Assembly: GCA_003215415.1 (NCBI GenBank)
Contig: QCKK01000002.1
Location: forward strand, 49,914-113,913
Source: Prochlorococcus sp. AG-409-N21
Lineage (GTDB): Bacteria; Cyanobacteriota; Cyanobacteriia; PCC-6307; Cyanobiaceae
Direction: 5' to 3'
DNA: 64,000 bases
In this document: piece by piece, positions 10,462 to 22,749 of the stretch
Layout: the number at the start of each line of letters is the position of its first letter
How positions within the stretch are numbered: the stretch's first letter is position 1
Made by a program: the position numbers and the translations under genes
The notes under the pieces: model-generated
Databases searched by the model: none
What the model was told of the DNA's origin: nothing
What the model saw: only the letters and a program-made list of their open reading frames with translations

Positions 10462-11232
10462 ATGAAACGCCTTCTTCAACTACCACCTGCAATTCAACAA
10501 AGCCTGAAAGAGCAACGTCTCATCAAGGTGATTACTGGATTATCAAATTTTAATGTGAAATCTGTAGAAAAAATCGCCAAAGCAGCTGGGCTTGGTGGTG
10601 CCGACTTACTGGATGTTGGTTGCGATCCACACCTAGTAGAAGTAGCAGCCAAAGTATCTTCATTGCCAATTTGCGTGAGCGCTGTCAATCCAGAACTCTT
10701 TCCACCAGCTGTGGATGCAGGTGCAGCATTAATTGAAATAGGCAATTTTGATTCATTTTATCCAAAAGGAATAATTTTTGATGCAGAAAAAGTTCTCGAA
10801 CTTACCCAAATAACAAGGAAAATTCTTCCAAACATCTTTTTATCAGTAACTGTCCCCCATATGCTGCCATTAGATCAGCAAGCCCAATTAGCCCTGAATT
10901 TAATTAAAGAAGGAGCTGATCTGATCCAGACAGAAGGAGGAACAAGTGCAAAGCCAATTAATCCTGGTGCAATAGGATTAATTGAAAAAGCAACTCCAAC
11001 ACTTGCTTCCACTTTCACAATTGCCAAAGCTATAAAAAGTTCAGAAGAAACTACGCCAATACTTTGTGCTTCAGGCTTATCAGCCGTTACGGCCCCATTA
11101 GCAATTGCCGCTGGGGCATCTGGTATTGGAATAGGTTCGGCTATCAATAAGCTTGAAAGCGAATTAGAAATGGTTGCCGCAGTAAAAAATATCAAAGAAG
11201 CAATGCACTCAATGAATCGCCAATTTGCTTAA
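10462..11232 (+). CDS. Ycf23-like DUF561 TIM-barrel protein
   Basis: The N-terminus (LKEQRLIKVITGLSNFN...GGADLLDVGCDP) resembles the conserved cyanobacterial/plastid Ycf23 family as I remember it; not verified by search. Confidence 0.6.
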   Translation: MKRLLQLPPAIQQSLKEQRLIKVITGLSNFNVKSVEKIAKAAGLGGADLLDVGCDPHLVEVAAKVSSLPICVSAVNPELFPPAVDAGAALIEIGNFDSFYPKGIIFDAEKVLELTQITRKILPNIFLSVTVPHMLPLDQQAQLALNLIKEGADLIQTEGGTSAKPINPGAIGLIEKATPTLASTFTIAKAIKSSEETTPILCASGLSAVTAPLAIAAGASGIGIGSAINKLESELEMVAAVKNIKEAMHSMNRQFA

Positions 11233-11309
11233 CAAGTTAGTGATCAAGTAATTAAGAGATAGATGTTTTAACTAACCCCATAACCAAATAGCCTCTAAGA
11301 AGGCTTTCA

Positions 11310-13349
11310 ATGCCTAATTATCATCTGCATGCCCCATACACCCCGAAAGGGGATCAACCTAAAGCGATCTCGAAGTTAGTCAAGGGGGTCAAAAGAGGAA
11401 CGCGTTATCAAACTTTGCTTGGGGCAACCGGTACCGGAAAGACTTTCACTATTGCAAATGTGATTGCAAAAACTGGTCGCCCTGCATTGGTTCTCGCACA
11501 CAACAAAACTCTCGCCGCACAACTTTGTAATGAACTAAGAGAATTCTTTCCTAATAATGCCGTTGAATACTTTATTTCTTATTATGATTATTATCAACCA
11601 GAAGCATATGTTCCAGTTAGCGATACTTACATAGAAAAAACAGCCTCTATCAATGAAGAGATTGATATGCTTAGGCATTCAGCAACTCGCTCTTTATTTG
11701 AAAGAAATGATGTCATAGTTGTTGCTTCTATCAGTTGTATATATGGTCTTGGCATACCAAGTGAATATTTAAATGCAGCTGTCAAATTTCAGGTTGGTGA
11801 GATAATAAATATTAGAAGCATTTTAAGAGATCTTGTAAATAATCAATATTCAAGAAATGATCTTGATATCAACCGTGGAAAATTCAGGGTTAATGGAGAC
11901 GTCATAGAAATAGGTCCGGCTTATGAGGATAGAGTAGTTAGAATAGAATTATTTGGAGATGAAATCGAAGCAATAAGATATATCGACCCAATAACCGGTG
12001 AAATACTCAATAATTTAAATTCAATTAATATTTATCCAGCCAAACATTTTGTTACACCTAAAAATCGGCTGAAATTAGCGATTAAGGACATTAGGCAAGA
12101 GTTAAAAGATCAACTGAGTCATTTCAATGAGTCAGGGAAACTTCTAGAAGCTCAACGCCTCGAACAAAGGACTTCATATGACTTAGAGATGTTAAGAGAA
12201 GTAGGATATTGTAATGGTGTCGAGAATTATGCACGCCATCTTTCGGGACGCTCAAAAGGGACACCACCAGAGTGCCTAATTGATTATTTTCCTGATGATT
12301 GGCTATTAGTTGTTGATGAAAGTCATGTCACATGTTCACAATTAGTGGCCATGTACAATGGAGATCAAGCAAGAAAAAAAGTTTTAATAGATCATGGATT
12401 CAGATTACCTAGTGCTGCAGATAATAGGCCTTTGAAAAGTCAAGAATTCTGGGAAAAAGTAAATCAAGCTATTTTCGTAAGCGCTACGCCTGGCAGTTGG
12501 GAACTTGGTCAAAGTAATGAAGAAATTGTCGAGCAAGTTATTAGGCCAACAGGTGTTCTTGATCCAATTGTCGAAGTTCGGCCAACCCAAGGTCAAGTAG
12601 ATAACCTTATTGGGGAGATTAGAATAAGGGCAAACAAGAAACAAAGAGTTTTAATTACAACTCTTACAAAAAGAATGGCTGAAGATTTAACAGATTATTT
12701 ATCTGAGAACAAAATTAAAGTACGTTATTTACATTCAGAGATTCATTCACTTGAAAGAATTGAAATCATTCAAGATCTAAGATTGGGCGAATATGATGTT
12801 CTCATAGGTGTTAACCTTCTTCGTGAAGGATTAGATCTACCAGAAGTATCTCTTGTAGTTATTCTAGATGCTGACAAGGAAGGCTTCCTAAGAGCAGAAA
12901 GATCATTAATTCAAACCATAGGCAGAGCTGCAAGGCATGTAGAAGGCACTGCTCTGTTATATGCTGACAACTTAACCGACTCAATGGACAAAGCAATTAA
13001 CGAGACAAACAGAAGGCGAGAAATTCAAAGTAAATATAATGAAGAGAATGGAATAGTCCCAAAAGGAGCAGGTAAAAAGGCTAGCAATTCAATCCTTTCA
13101 TTCCTTGAACTATCTAGAAGGCTGCAAAATAATGTATCTAGTGAAGAGTTAGTAGAAATAGCAAATAAAGCAGCAGACGCAATAATCAAAAGCAAGGATT
13201 CAGACATTTCCCTTGATAGATTGCCTGAATTTATTGAGCAATTAGAATCTGAAATGAAAAAAGAGGCAAAAGAACTTAACTTTGAGGAGGCGGCAAAGTT
13301 AAGAGATCGAATTCAGATTTTGAGAAAAAAATTAACCGGTAATTTATAA
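11310..13349 (+). CDS. uvrB: Excinuclease ABC subunit B
   Basis: [10 protein letters not shown] Walker A, VVDESH, helicase motifs, and the C-terminal UVR domain ([11 protein letters not shown]). Confidence 0.97.
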   Translation: MPNYHLHAPYTPKGDQPKAISKLVKGVKRGTRYQTLLGATGTGKTFTIANVIAKTGRPALVLAHNKTLAAQLCNELREFFPNNAVEYFISYYDYYQPEAYVPVSDTYIEKTASINEEIDMLRHSATRSLFERNDVIVVASISCIYGLGIPSEYLNAAVKFQVGEIINIRSILRDLVNNQYSRNDLDINRGKFRVNGDVIEIGPAYEDRVVRIELFGDEIEAIRYIDPITGEILNNLNSINIYPAKHFVTPKNRLKLAIKDIRQELKDQLSHFNESGKLLEAQRLEQRTSYDLEMLREVGYCNGVENYARHLSGRSKGTPPECLIDYFPDDWLLVVDESHVTCSQLVAMYNGDQARKKVLIDHGFRLPSAADNRPLKSQEFWEKVNQAIFVSATPGSWELGQSNEEIVEQVIRPTGVLDPIVEVRPTQGQVDNLIGEIRIRANKKQRVLITTLTKRMAEDLTDYLSENKIKVRYLHSEIHSLERIEIIQDLRLGEYDVLIGVNLLREGLDLPEVSLVVILDADKEGFLRAERSLIQTIGRAARHVEGTALLYADNLTDSMDKAINETNRRREIQSKYNEENGIVPKGAGKKASNSILSFLELSRRLQNNVSSEELVEIANKAADAIIKSKDSDISLDRLPEFIEQLESEMKKEAKELNFEEAAKLRDRIQILRKKLTGNL

Positions 13350-13390
13350 AGTATACTTGTAATATATTATAGGAATTCGATGCAATATTT

Positions 13391-15148
13391 TTATTTGGAC
13401 AAGTGAAAGCCTTCATGTACTGCTTTTAAGGCAGTCACGCCATCAGGCTCAGAAACAACACAACTAGTTCTTATTTCACTTGTAGCAATCATTGCGATAT
13501 TAATACCAGCATTAGCTAAAGCCCTAAACATTCTTGCTGCAGTACCTGGTGTGGAAGGCATACCTGCTCCAACTGCACTAACTCTTGCAATCGCTGGTCC
13601 TTCTTTCATTGATGAACCTTGCCACTGCGCTAGTAATGGAATCAATGCAAGATCTGCTTTTTCCCTGTCTTCACGCTTCAAGGTAAAGCTTATATCTCTG
13701 CTGCCATCGTCATGTTGACGTTCTGATTGAACAATTGCATCAAGACTGACACCTGCATCTGCCATCGCCGAACAGAGAGCGGCTGCAGTTCCAGGAAGAT
13801 CTGGAACGGATATAACACTTAACTGTGCCTGATCACGATCTAATGCAACTCCACGAACCTCTGGAGCTTCTATGTCTTTACTAGGAGGATTGATTAAAAC
13901 TTGACTATCATTCAGTTCAAAAGCTTCTGCAGTGGCTCGGATAGCTTTTGATCCCAATTTTGCATCAATTACGCAACTAACTTTTACCTCACTTGTTGCT
14001 ATCAGACGAAGATTTATTCCTGCCCTGGAGATACTGTCAAAAAGGCTTGCGGCAATACCTGGCCTCCCCATTATTCCTACTCCACGAATACTTAATTTGG
14101 ACATTCCACTTTCAGTAGTCAATTTTCCGCCAATCTCCTCAATCAATTCCTCACATAATATTTGTGCATTAAATAATTGATTTTCAGAAACTGTAAACGT
14201 AATATCATTACTATTACCTTCATGAGTAGATTGAATAATTAAATCAACATTGATTCCGCCAATAGATAGTTTTTCAAAAAGCTTTGCTGCAACGCCTGGT
14301 TTATCTGGAACATGAGACAGCGCAATAACAGCTTGTGAGTCAACCAATTCCAGTCCATCCACTGGTCGGCCAAGCTCAAGGCCTTCTCTTCCAATAGGTC
14401 TTCTGGAATTACTAGTTAATCTCGTCCCATTTTGATTGGTAAGGCTGGAACGCACTTCTATATTTACTCCATAGTTTCTTGCTATCTCAACAGCTCTTGG
14501 ATGTAATACAGCTGCTCCAAGACTTGCCAATTCGAGCATCTCATCACAACTGATTTCTTGCATTAACTTTGCACCTTCCACTTCGCGTGGGTCCGTAGTA
14601 AGAACCCCCGGAACATCTGTATAAATTTCACAAGTACTAGCATTAAGTGCAGCTGCTAAAGCAACTGCAGTTGTGTCTGATCCACCTCTGCCAAGAGTAG
14701 TAATTTCAGCAGTTCCTCCACTACTCAAGCTAGTTCCCTGAAAACCAGCGACTACAACAACTTGGCCTTCACTTAATCGATTTATTAGCCGATCCGTTCG
14801 CACTTCCAAAATCCTTGCTCTTCCATGTGCAGACTCAGTAACAATGCCAACCTGGGCACCAGTCATTGACACAGCATGTATTCCCAGCTCGCTGAGAGCC
14901 ATAGCCAATAGTGCAATAGATACCTGTTCCCCTGTCGCCAGAAGCATATCCATTTCTCGCTGCGGAGGATTGCGACTAATAGCTTGAGCAAGCCCAGTAA
15001 GCTCATCAGTGGTGTGTCCCATGGCCGAAACAACAATCACCAAATCATTTCCATATTCCTTAGTTGCAGCAATTCTTTTTGCTACAGCCTTTATTCGATC
15101 AACATTTCCGACGGAAGTCCCGCCAAATTTTTGAACCAGCACTTTCAT
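13391..15148 (-). CDS. lysC: Aspartate kinase, long cyanobacterial form with duplicated ACT-domain pairs
   Basis: KFGGTSV N-terminus and kinase core (GRGGSDTTA), followed by two rounds of ACT-like regulatory sequence. Confidence 0.93.
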   Translation of the reverse strand: MKVLVQKFGGTSVGNVDRIKAVAKRIAATKEYGNDLVIVVSAMGHTTDELTGLAQAISRNPPQREMDMLLATGEQVSIALLAMALSELGIHAVSMTGAQVGIVTESAHGRARILEVRTDRLINRLSEGQVVVVAGFQGTSLSSGGTAEITTLGRGGSDTTAVALAAALNASTCEIYTDVPGVLTTDPREVEGAKLMQEISCDEMLELASLGAAVLHPRAVEIARNYGVNIEVRSSLTNQNGTRLTSNSRRPIGREGLELGRPVDGLELVDSQAVIALSHVPDKPGVAAKLFEKLSIGGINVDLIIQSTHEGNSNDITFTVSENQLFNAQILCEELIEEIGGKLTTESGMSKLSIRGVGIMGRPGIAASLFDSISRAGINLRLIATSEVKVSCVIDAKLGSKAIRATAEAFELNDSQVLINPPSKDIEAPEVRGVALDRDQAQLSVISVPDLPGTAAALCSAMADAGVSLDAIVQSERQHDDGSRDISFTLKREDREKADLALIPLLAQWQGSSMKEGPAIARVSAVGAGMPSTPGTAARMFRALANAGINIAMIATSEIRTSCVVSEPDGVTALKAVHEGFHLSK

Positions 15149-15193
15149 TCAATGAGTTGTAAAAAATTCAAGAATTCAGAGTTTGATGCGTTC

Positions 15194-16204
15194 TTATGCA
15201 ACCACACCTAGTAATCCATCACGAAAAGCCTCAAATGGTGACATTCCCCGTTTTACGGAAGCTTCTATTTCTAGCAAACCAAAAAGCATCCTTAAAAAAA
15301 ACTCTGTTTTTTGCTCTTGAATTTGCTTTCGCATGACATAAATGCGTTTTGGATTTGATATCCCTGCCGCTCTAGCAATTGCTGAGACATCTTTTTCACC
15401 TGCTTGATCCATAAGACGAATCCATAAACACCCCCTAACTTGTCCTGTTAAAGAAGCAAGAATCCGAAGAGGGGGCTCCCCTGAATCCAACAACAAATCT
15501 AAATTCTTCAAAGCATCTCCAATTTGAGCATGCAACAACAAATCTCCTATCTGCAAAGCATTTGTACTAATTCCATTGATCAATTCACGAACACTGTTGG
15601 TAGTTATAAGAATCGAACTATTTAGTGAATCATTTGTTCCTTGAATTTCTGCATGAATTGCAAGTTTCTTTAACTCAGCAAAGATACGCGAACTATCATT
15701 CCCTATTGCTTCGACAAGCATAGACTGAGCCTCTGGCTCCAATTGCAATCCAAGCTGTTTAGCTGTTCTTAAAACAAGTTCTTTCTGACCCGAATTATCC
15801 CAAACTTGTGGCAAAACAAAACTCTTTTCAAATGCAAGATTCTCCTTAATGAGTTTTTGAATCAATTTGGTAGTCCTTAAACGACCATCTGGTTTATTGA
15901 TGGAACTAAGTAAAAGATGGGAATTGTGAGGAATTAATTCCACAGAAGATTCAAAACAAGCAGACATTTCAGTAGAACATCTATTACAAAAAGGACTACG
16001 CTGCAAAAGAATTACTCTTCCACCATTACCAAAAGGGGGACTACGTAGTTCCTCTAGAGCCTGCCAGGCTTGTGCCAGATCAGAGCCATCTAATCTGCTT
16101 AAGTTAATGCTCAGCCAAGCAGGATCAATGATTTCCTCTATAAGTTGCTCTATTGCATGTTCTCTAGCCGCATCATCATCGCCCCAAAATAAGTAAATCG
16201 GCAT
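15194..16204 (-). CDS. holA: DNA polymerase III subunit delta
   Basis: Size, the N-terminus (IYLFWGDDD) and overall helical pattern fit HolA. This is a weaker, family-level call. Confidence 0.7.
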   Translation of the reverse strand: MPIYLFWGDDDAAREHAIEQLIEEIIDPAWLSINLSRLDGSDLAQAWQALEELRSPPFGNGGRVILLQRSPFCNRCSTEMSACFESSVELIPHNSHLLLSSINKPDGRLRTTKLIQKLIKENLAFEKSFVLPQVWDNSGQKELVLRTAKQLGLQLEPEAQSMLVEAIGNDSSRIFAELKKLAIHAEIQGTNDSLNSSILITTNSVRELINGISTNALQIGDLLLHAQIGDALKNLDLLLDSGEPPLRILASLTGQVRGCLWIRLMDQAGEKDVSAIARAAGISNPKRIYVMRKQIQEQKTEFFLRMLFGLLEIEASVKRGMSPFEAFRDGLLGVVA

Positions 16205-16271
16205 TAATCAAATAATCCGAAAGGCACCAATAGATGATGAATCAAAACACTATAAAAAGGAGCAAATAGCT

Positions 16272-16901
16272 ATGAAAGACCACCCGATTTTCATCAAAAG
16301 TATCGCTCATATCAACAATCATCTTGGTGTTACTGGCTTAGATCCTTTGCAGCAAAAGGTTTTAGAAAGAATTATCCATAGTTCAGGAGACTTTGGCTTA
16401 ACCGAGTTACTACGTTTTTCGGCTAATGCCTGTGAAATTGGTATTAAGGCTATACAAGCAGGTGGTTCAATACTTACAGATACGCAAATGGCGGCTGCAG
16501 GAATAAAGCCTATGGCATCAAAAACACTTAAAACAGAAGTGAAATGTATTCTTGACTGGGCCCCCAAAACATCCACCAAAGACTCAACCAGAAGTGGTAT
16601 TGGAATGCAAAGAGCTTGGAACGAAATCTCTAATGATCATAAAAAATACATATCAACCATAGTCATAATTGGAAGCTCACCTACTGCTCTTGAAGTCTTA
16701 TTAGATGAAATAGCTAAAAGCAGCAAAAAGCCAAGCCTAGTTGTTGGTATGCCAGTAGGATTTATAGGAGTCCAAGAAAGCAAAAAAAGACTATCTTCTA
16801 GCAATCTAAATTATATTCTTCTTCAAGGGAGTCGTGGGGGGGCTGGGATAGCAGCCTCAGTAGCAAATGCTCTACTAAGAGCATCAGAGATAATTAATTA
16901 A
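16272..16901 (+). CDS. cobH: Precorrin-8X methylmutase
   Basis: IIHSSGDF, ILTDTQM and GSSPTAL motifs are typical of CobH/CbiC. Confidence 0.85.
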   Translation: MKDHPIFIKSIAHINNHLGVTGLDPLQQKVLERIIHSSGDFGLTELLRFSANACEIGIKAIQAGGSILTDTQMAAAGIKPMASKTLKTEVKCILDWAPKTSTKDSTRSGIGMQRAWNEISNDHKKYISTIVIIGSSPTALEVLLDEIAKSSKKPSLVVGMPVGFIGVQESKKRLSSSNLNYILLQGSRGGAGIAASVANALLRASEIIN

Positions 16902-19682
16902 CTAATACTTTGAAACAAAATTATGTTGGAAACTATTATCTTTTTCTAGGTTGTGCAGAAGTTTTCTTGCACGATCAACAACAAGGTTAGGAACACCAGC
17001 TAATCGGGCTACCTCAATTCCATAACTTTTACTTGCACCTCCTGAAGATACACGATGTAAAAATACAAGTTCATTTCCTGTTTGATCGACTAAGACTTGG
17101 AAGTTTCTCACATTATTTAGAACTTTTGAAAGTTCATTTAACTCATGGTAATGAGTAGCAAAAATAGTTCTACAACATATATTACTTGCAAGAAATTCAC
17201 TAACTGCCCAGGCTATTGAAAGGCCATCAAAAGTTGCTGTTCCTCTACCAATCTCATCCAAAATAACAAGTGATTTATTCGTTGCTTGATTTAAAATAGA
17301 AGCAGTCTCAGCCATCTCTACCATAAAAGTAGATTGCCCTGTTGCAAGATCATCAACTGCACCAACTCTAGTAAAAATTCTATCCGTAATGCTCAAATAT
17401 GCGGTTTTGGCCGGGACCCAACTTCCAATTTGGGCAAGTATCTGAATCAAAGCTATTTGCCTCAAATAACAACTCTTCCCACTTGCATTAGGGCCAGTTA
17501 AAATAATCAAATCCGCTCCTTCTCCCAAATGAATATCATTTGGCTGAAAGATATCTTCTACTAGAGTCTTTTCAACCACAGGGTGTCTAGATGCTTCTAT
17601 TTTTAATATGCGTGAATCATGATGATCTAATCCTAATATTTGAGGCTCACAATAATTACTTGTAGCAGCCAATTCAGCTAAACCTGCTAAAGCATCAAGT
17701 GCTGCAATAGATCGAGCAACTTTGCGAATAGCTTCGGTCTTATGGCCAACAATTTGGCGAAGCTGACAAAATAATTCGTATTCTCTCTGACATATTCTTA
17801 CTTTTAATTGAAATATTTTTCCTTCACGTTCTTTCAAAGTAGGAGTAATAAATCTTTCTTCATTTGACAATGTTTGTCGTCTAATCCAATGACTTGGTAC
17901 ATTAGAAGCTTTGGACTTGGTAACAGATAAGAAATATCCAAAAGTTCTATGGTATTGCAATTTTAAATTCATAATTCCGCTCAACTTTTTTTCTGACTCC
18001 TCTTGATGAGATAGCCAAGACTCTTGATCATCTAGTTTATTTCTAAGACCATCAAGTATTGGGTCAATGCCATCATGAATCAAGGCACCATCTGTAAGGC
18101 TTAATGGCGGATTTTCTAAAAGGGTGAATCGTATTTGGTGGGCTAATTGCTTTAGCTGTGGATCAACATTTAATAGCCATTTCATCCAAGCAGATGGGTT
18201 TTTAAATAAGCCCTCAAGTTGTTTTGCCAGTCGTGGTAAACGCTCTAATCCATTTGCAATAGCGACCAGATCTCGAGCACTAGCCTGACCAGCTCCAGCT
18301 CTTCCTGCAAGTCTTTCTAAATCCCCCATAGATCTCAACAAACGGCGTATGGCATTCCTGCGAGGCCTTAACTCGACCAATTTGCTAACAATTAATTGTC
18401 TTTCAATTATTGCGTTAACTTCCATCAATGGAGCTTCTAACCATCGTCTTAAACAACGTCCACCCATAGCGGTATATGTTTGATCAACTGCCCATAAAAG
18501 AGACCCATAAAACTGATTGTCACGCTGAGTAGAAGTTAATTCAAGATTTCTACGTGTTTGTGCATCTAAAACCAAATAATCATCATCAAAGAAAAGTGTT
18601 GGAAAGTCCAAAGGTACCGATGTTGCATTGTCTGCTGAATTTTGAACAGCATCTATTGGCTTGGTTTTTTGTAAATAAGAAACTAAAGCTCCGGCTGCTC
18701 TCATAGCCAAAGGAACTTCCTGCAACCCCAAGCCATCAATTGTCTTCAATTTATATTGGTTCTTCAATGCAATTTCTGCATCAGGATGATTAAAGGAAGT
18801 ATTAGAAACTGGAGTCAAACTTAATCTTTCTGGGCACCACTTTCCTTTATTCTCAATATCATAGCCAGGCCAAATCAATTCAGAAGCTTCAACTGTATTC
18901 AACTCTTGAAATAGCTCAGCAACTCCTTCTCTTTGTGTGACTTGGAACTCACCTGTACTTACATCAGCAGTTGCCAAACCCCAAAGGAAGGAATCCTTAG
19001 AATTCATTTCCTCAAAAATAACTGCTGCTAACCAATTATTCCTGCGTGATTGCAGCATACCCTCTTCTATAATTGTTCCAGGTGTCAAAACACGAGTTAT
19101 ATCTCTTTTAAGTAATAAGCCTTTACTAGGTGTTGTTTCTAGTTGATCACAAAGAGCAACGCTTAAACCTCTATTAATTAATTCCCTGCAATATCTATCT
19201 GAAGCATGGTGTGGTATCCCTGCCATAGGAACGCGGCCAATATTTTTTCCCGCATCTTTGGCAGTAAGAGTTAACTCTAACAGTTGAGACAATCTAATTG
19301 CATCTTCAAAAAAACATTCAAAAAAATCACCTAGTCTATATAATAAAATCCTTTCTGGACTCTGCCTCTTAAGTTCTACATAATGACGCAATACAGGTGT
19401 TAATTGATTTATATCAACCAAACTTTGATGCGACCATGCAGGCAAGTCATCATCAGGCTTGATTTCATTTGATACCTCAACAACTTCTAGAGATTCAGAT
19501 TTATCAGACTCTGATTCCTTACGTTTCCTAGGTCTTTTTTGTGAGTCAAGCAATAATTGCTCATCAGAAAGAGACTCTTCAGAAAGCGGACCAAGTTCCT
19601 GTGTGGAGGCTGATATATCTGATGGATGCTCTTCTTTTGTGCCAAACAAGCTGCCCTGCAATGCTTTAGCTTCGGCAGCCAT
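16902..19682 (-). CDS. mutS: DNA mismatch repair protein MutS with acidic/Ser-rich N-terminal extension
   Basis: The mismatch-binding region ([15 protein letters not shown]), Walker [10 protein letters not shown] and the LDEIGRGT motif are present. Its stop abuts the cobH stop with zero spacer. Confidence 0.96.
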   Translation of the reverse strand: MAAEAKALQGSLFGTKEEHPSDISASTQELGPLSEESLSDEQLLLDSQKRPRKRKESESDKSESLEVVEVSNEIKPDDDLPAWSHQSLVDINQLTPVLRHYVELKRQSPERILLYRLGDFFECFFEDAIRLSQLLELTLTAKDAGKNIGRVPMAGIPHHASDRYCRELINRGLSVALCDQLETTPSKGLLLKRDITRVLTPGTIIEEGMLQSRRNNWLAAVIFEEMNSKDSFLWGLATADVSTGEFQVTQREGVAELFQELNTVEASELIWPGYDIENKGKWCPERLSLTPVSNTSFNHPDAEIALKNQYKLKTIDGLGLQEVPLAMRAAGALVSYLQKTKPIDAVQNSADNATSVPLDFPTLFFDDDYLVLDAQTRRNLELTSTQRDNQFYGSLLWAVDQTYTAMGGRCLRRWLEAPLMEVNAIIERQLIVSKLVELRPRRNAIRRLLRSMGDLERLAGRAGAGQASARDLVAIANGLERLPRLAKQLEGLFKNPSAWMKWLLNVDPQLKQLAHQIRFTLLENPPLSLTDGALIHDGIDPILDGLRNKLDDQESWLSHQEESEKKLSGIMNLKLQYHRTFGYFLSVTKSKASNVPSHWIRRQTLSNEERFITPTLKEREGKIFQLKVRICQREYELFCQLRQIVGHKTEAIRKVARSIAALDALAGLAELAATSNYCEPQILGLDHHDSRILKIEASRHPVVEKTLVEDIFQPNDIHLGEGADLIILTGPNASGKSCYLRQIALIQILAQIGSWVPAKTAYLSITDRIFTRVGAVDDLATGQSTFMVEMAETASILNQATNKSLVILDEIGRGTATFDGLSIAWAVSEFLASNICCRTIFATHYHELNELSKVLNNVRNFQVLVDQTGNELVFLHRVSSGGASKSYGIEVARLAGVPNLVVDRARKLLHNLEKDNSFQHNFVSKY

Positions 19683-19836
19683 CTAGAAAAAGCTATCGAT
19701 TAGGACTGCATCGTATAGCGAAAATGAAATTGCATGTGAAGCCTCGCGACACCAAAGGGAAGGTTTTAAGCAAACAGCTCTTTGTCATGGGAGAATTATT
19801 GGATGCTGAGAGCATTTTCTCCAAAAAACATTTCCT

Positions 19837-20037
19837 ATGCAGTTCCTTAGCTTCCTCGCCGCAAACGCCCTCTTGTTTGCTTCACTCATATTGGTAGTGG
19901 GGGTTCCAGTGCTTTATATGACTCAAAAAAACCCTAGTGATCGCCGAAATAGTGAAATCAGAACTATTGAGGTGATTGGTGGAGTTTGGTTCCACTTGGT
20001 ACTACTAAATGGAGCCATAGCCTTATTTGTTGTCTAA
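19837..20037 (+). CDS. psbZ: Photosystem II reaction center protein Z
   Basis: 66 aa with two hydrophobic helices (LLFASLILVVGVPVLY ... VWFHLVLLNGAIALFVV). Size and pattern match PsbZ/Ycf9. Confidence 0.75.
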   Translation: MQFLSFLAANALLFASLILVVGVPVLYMTQKNPSDRRNSEIRTIEVIGGVWFHLVLLNGAIALFVV

Positions 20038-20096
20038 GGGACTAGTGATCTTCTTCTCCCAATGGGAGCATAATTAAAGTTCTAATCACTTAAATA

Positions 20097-20582
20097 ATGG
20101 CAACGTTTGAGGGTCGTTTCTCTGAAGCGTCAAAATTACGTATAGCTGTAGTAGTTGCACGATTCAACGACTTGGTCACTGGAAAACTTCTTGCGGGTTG
20201 CCTTGATTGCCTAAGTAGACACGGAATCGATACTTCAGAAAATAGTTCTCAGCTTGACTTGGCTTGGGTTCCTGGTTCATTTGAGTTACCAATTATTTCG
20301 CAGTCTCTTGCTCAAAGTGGGCGCTATCAAGTGATTATTGCTCTTGGAGCAATAATTCGTGGAGATACCCCTCATTTCGATGTGGTTGTATCGCAGACAA
20401 GTAAAGGGATTGCAAACGTCACTCTGCAAACGGGAGTGCCAATAATTTTTGGTGTTCTAACAACCGACACAATGCAACAAGCCCTTGAAAGAGCAGGCAT
20501 CAAAAGCAATCTTGGTTGGAACTATGCGCTTCAGGCTCTTGAAATGGGATCTCTTATGAAAGAAATTCCTTCAACAAATTAA
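20097..20582 (+). CDS. ribH: 6,7-dimethyl-8-ribityllumazine synthase
   Basis: [18 protein letters not shown] and IRGDTPHFD motifs. Confidence 0.95.
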   Translation: MATFEGRFSEASKLRIAVVVARFNDLVTGKLLAGCLDCLSRHGIDTSENSSQLDLAWVPGSFELPIISQSLAQSGRYQVIIALGAIIRGDTPHFDVVVSQTSKGIANVTLQTGVPIIFGVLTTDTMQQALERAGIKSNLGWNYALQALEMGSLMKEIPSTN

Positions 20583-20666
20583 AGTAAATGCAAGCTTGGA
20601 ATTGACCAGCTCGGTCTTTTTAGTGCATGCTTATCTGGTCAAGGGCAAAATTTCCAACTGCTACCT

Positions 20667-20738
20667 GCGGATGTAGCTCAGTGGTAGAGCATCTCCTTGC
20701 CAAGGAGAGGGTCGAGAGTTCGAATCTCTTCATCCGCT
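20667..20738 (+). tRNA. tRNA-Gly (anticodon GCC), no encoded CCA
   Basis: Hand-folded cloverleaf: acceptor GCGGATG/CATCCGC, D stem GCTC/GAGC, anticodon stem TCTCC/GGAGA with loop TTGCCAA, T stem GAGAG/CTCTC with loop TTCGAAT, discriminator T. Total 72 nt. Confidence 0.95.
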
Positions 20739-20750
20739 TAAATTCATGCT

Positions 20751-21215
20751 TCAATCAAAATCCTTCTTCTTAAAGAATAAATTTTGATTATCAGCTGTTT
20801 TAAAGCCTAATTGGCGATAAAAATTTGAACTATTTGTAGTCATCAAATACACCCTTTCAACTGATTTCAGCTGAGGTGCATCTAACAAGGCCTCAACTAC
20901 TTTTCGTCCTAATCCATACCCTTGCAAATCTCCTGCTACAACAACATCCCAAAGAACAGCTCTATATATACAATCACTAGTAGCCCTGCCAAATCCAACG
21001 ATACGTTTACCCCGCCAAAGGCTTACAACAACATTGCTTGCTGCCAACATTTGACGTAGTTCTCTAGAAGATCTTCCTACAGCCCAAAAAGCATGCTTAT
21101 CTAATAAGCGACGCAATTTCAAAAGACCACGAGAAGGTTTTAGATCAGGCCCTAGACCAAATAGTCTTAATCCTGGAGCACCAGGTCGATGTCGAATCAG
21201 TCTAATAAGGGCCAT
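20751..21215 (-). CDS. GNAT family N-acetyltransferase
   Basis: The acetyl-CoA binding motif region (VVVAGDLQGYGLGRKVVEAL) and C-terminal FYRQLGF are present. Confidence 0.75.
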   Translation of the reverse strand: MALIRLIRHRPGAPGLRLFGLGPDLKPSRGLLKLRRLLDKHAFWAVGRSSRELRQMLAASNVVVSLWRGKRIVGFGRATSDCIYRAVLWDVVVAGDLQGYGLGRKVVEALLDAPQLKSVERVYLMTTNSSNFYRQLGFKTADNQNLFFKKKDFD

Positions 21216-21257
21216 TGCAAAAGTTCCATGGCAGCATCTTTAAAGAGATAAACCATC

Positions 21258-22136
21258 ATGACGCGCAAGGGAATCATTCTGGCTGGTGGTACTGGCTCAC
21301 GCCTATATCCAATAACTCAAGCCGTTAGCAAGCAGCTACTACCGGTTTATGACAAGCCAATGGTGTTTTACCCTTTAACGACGCTAATGCTTGCTGGAAT
21401 TCGTGAAGTATTAATTATTACAACCTATACCGACCAACCTGCATTCAAACGTCTCTTGGGGGATGGAACTGCCTGGGGGATGAACATTAAATATGCAATT
21501 CAACCCAGTCCAGATGGTTTGGCGCAAGCATTTTTAATCGGTGCAGATTTCATAGCAGGAGACAAGTCTGCATTAGTTTTAGGAGATAATCTGTTCCATG
21601 GACATGACTTAGTTCCGCAATTGGTCTCAAGCAACCAAAACGAAGTCGGGGCAACAGTTTTTGCGTATCCGGTAAGGGACCCAGAACGGTACGGTGTTAT
21701 TAACTTCTCAGCAGATGGAACTGTGACAGAGATCGAAGAGAAACCATTAAAACCTAAAAGCAATTACGCCATCACTGGACTTTATTTCTATGACGAGACT
21801 GTCGTAGAGCGTGCTAAATCGGTTAAACCTTCTTCACGAGGCGAACTAGAAATAACTGACCTAAATAATCAATATCTTGCAGAAGCTTCATTAAAAGTTG
21901 AATTAATGGGTAGAGGGATGGCCTGGCTAGATACAGGGACCTGTGACTCATTGCATGAGGCTGCTGCATACATTCGTACATTAGAGTGCAGACAAGGCCT
22001 CAAAGTTGGTTGTCCAGAAGAGGTAGCATGGAGAATGGGATGGATATCAGATGAAAAATTAGAAGAGCTAGCCAAGCCTTTACAAAAAAGTGGATATGGA
22101 GAGTACCTCCTAGAGCTACTAAAAAACCCAGGGTGA
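21258..22136 (+). CDS. rfbA: Glucose-1-phosphate thymidylyltransferase
   Basis: [16 protein letters not shown] and LGDNLF are typical of RmlA. Confidence 0.95.
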   Translation: MTRKGIILAGGTGSRLYPITQAVSKQLLPVYDKPMVFYPLTTLMLAGIREVLIITTYTDQPAFKRLLGDGTAWGMNIKYAIQPSPDGLAQAFLIGADFIAGDKSALVLGDNLFHGHDLVPQLVSSNQNEVGATVFAYPVRDPERYGVINFSADGTVTEIEEKPLKPKSNYAITGLYFYDETVVERAKSVKPSSRGELEITDLNNQYLAEASLKVELMGRGMAWLDTGTCDSLHEAAAYIRTLECRQGLKVGCPEEVAWRMGWISDEKLEELAKPLQKSGYGEYLLELLKNPG

Positions 22137-22146
22137 ATTTCACCAA

Positions 22147-22749
22147 ATGAAAGCTGAGAAATTATTAATAACAAAAGATTCAAGCTCTAATATAGAAAGT
22201 CCACTGTTACTTTCTCCAGAGATTTATCAAGACTCAAGAGGATTTTTTTTCGAAAGCTGGAATCAAGCCAAGTGGACAAAAATATTTCTTAATTATGGCT
22301 ATGAAGTTCCTAAATTTGTACAAGACAATCATTCATGTTCATTACAGGGAGTGCTAAGAGGACTGCATTACCAACGTTCTCCTAATGCACAGGGAAAACT
22401 GATTCGTTGCGTAGTGGGAGAAATATTCGATGTTGCGGTAGATCTTCGACAAAAATCACCTCATTTTGGAGAGTGGGTTGGTGTTTTTCTAAATTCAGAA
22501 AACCACAAGCAACTTTGGGTCCCTAATGGCTTTGCTCATGGGTTCTTAACCATAAGCAAAATAGCCGAGGTTTTATACAAAACAACAAGTTTTTGGAATC
22601 CCCAATATGAGCAATCAATTCATTGGAATGATAAAGATATTTCCATCAAATGGCCTTTACAAAAAATACATAATAATCAGCCATCGTTATCTTCTAAAGA
22701 TAACGGTGCTTTGAATCTCAGTCAGATCCCCGAGGATTATTTATTTTGA
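22147..22749 (+). CDS. rfbC: dTDP-4-dehydrorhamnose 3,5-epimerase
   Basis: DSRGFFFESW, GVLRGLHYQ and GFAHGF cupin motifs. Confidence 0.93.
   Translation: MKAEKLLITKDSSSNIESPLLLSPEIYQDSRGFFFESWNQAKWTKIFLNYGYEVPKFVQDNHSCSLQGVLRGLHYQRSPNAQGKLIRCVVGEIFDVAVDLRQKSPHFGEWVGVFLNSENHKQLWVPNGFAHGFLTISKIAEVLYKTTSFWNPQYEQSIHWNDKDISIKWPLQKIHNNQPSLSSKDNGALNLSQIPEDYLF

Noticed and set aside
13391-15148. An unusually long aspartate kinase (585 aa) as a possible fusion or novelty.
   Set aside because: Duplication of the ACT regulatory pair is, to my knowledge, the normal cyanobacterial form of LysC, so this is not unusual.
16899-16904. The convergent cobH and mutS stop codons abut with zero intergenic nucleotides.
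   Set aside because: This is ordinary genome compaction in streamlined picocyanobacteria, with no additional structure visible.
20604-20621. A possible terminator hairpin after ribH (GACC-AGCTC-GGTC followed by TTTTT), and a similar short hairpin after psbZ (CTCCC-AAT-GGGAG at 20056..20068).
   Set aside because: The stems are only 4-5 bp (and the psbZ one has no T-run). That is too weak to annotate as a feature.
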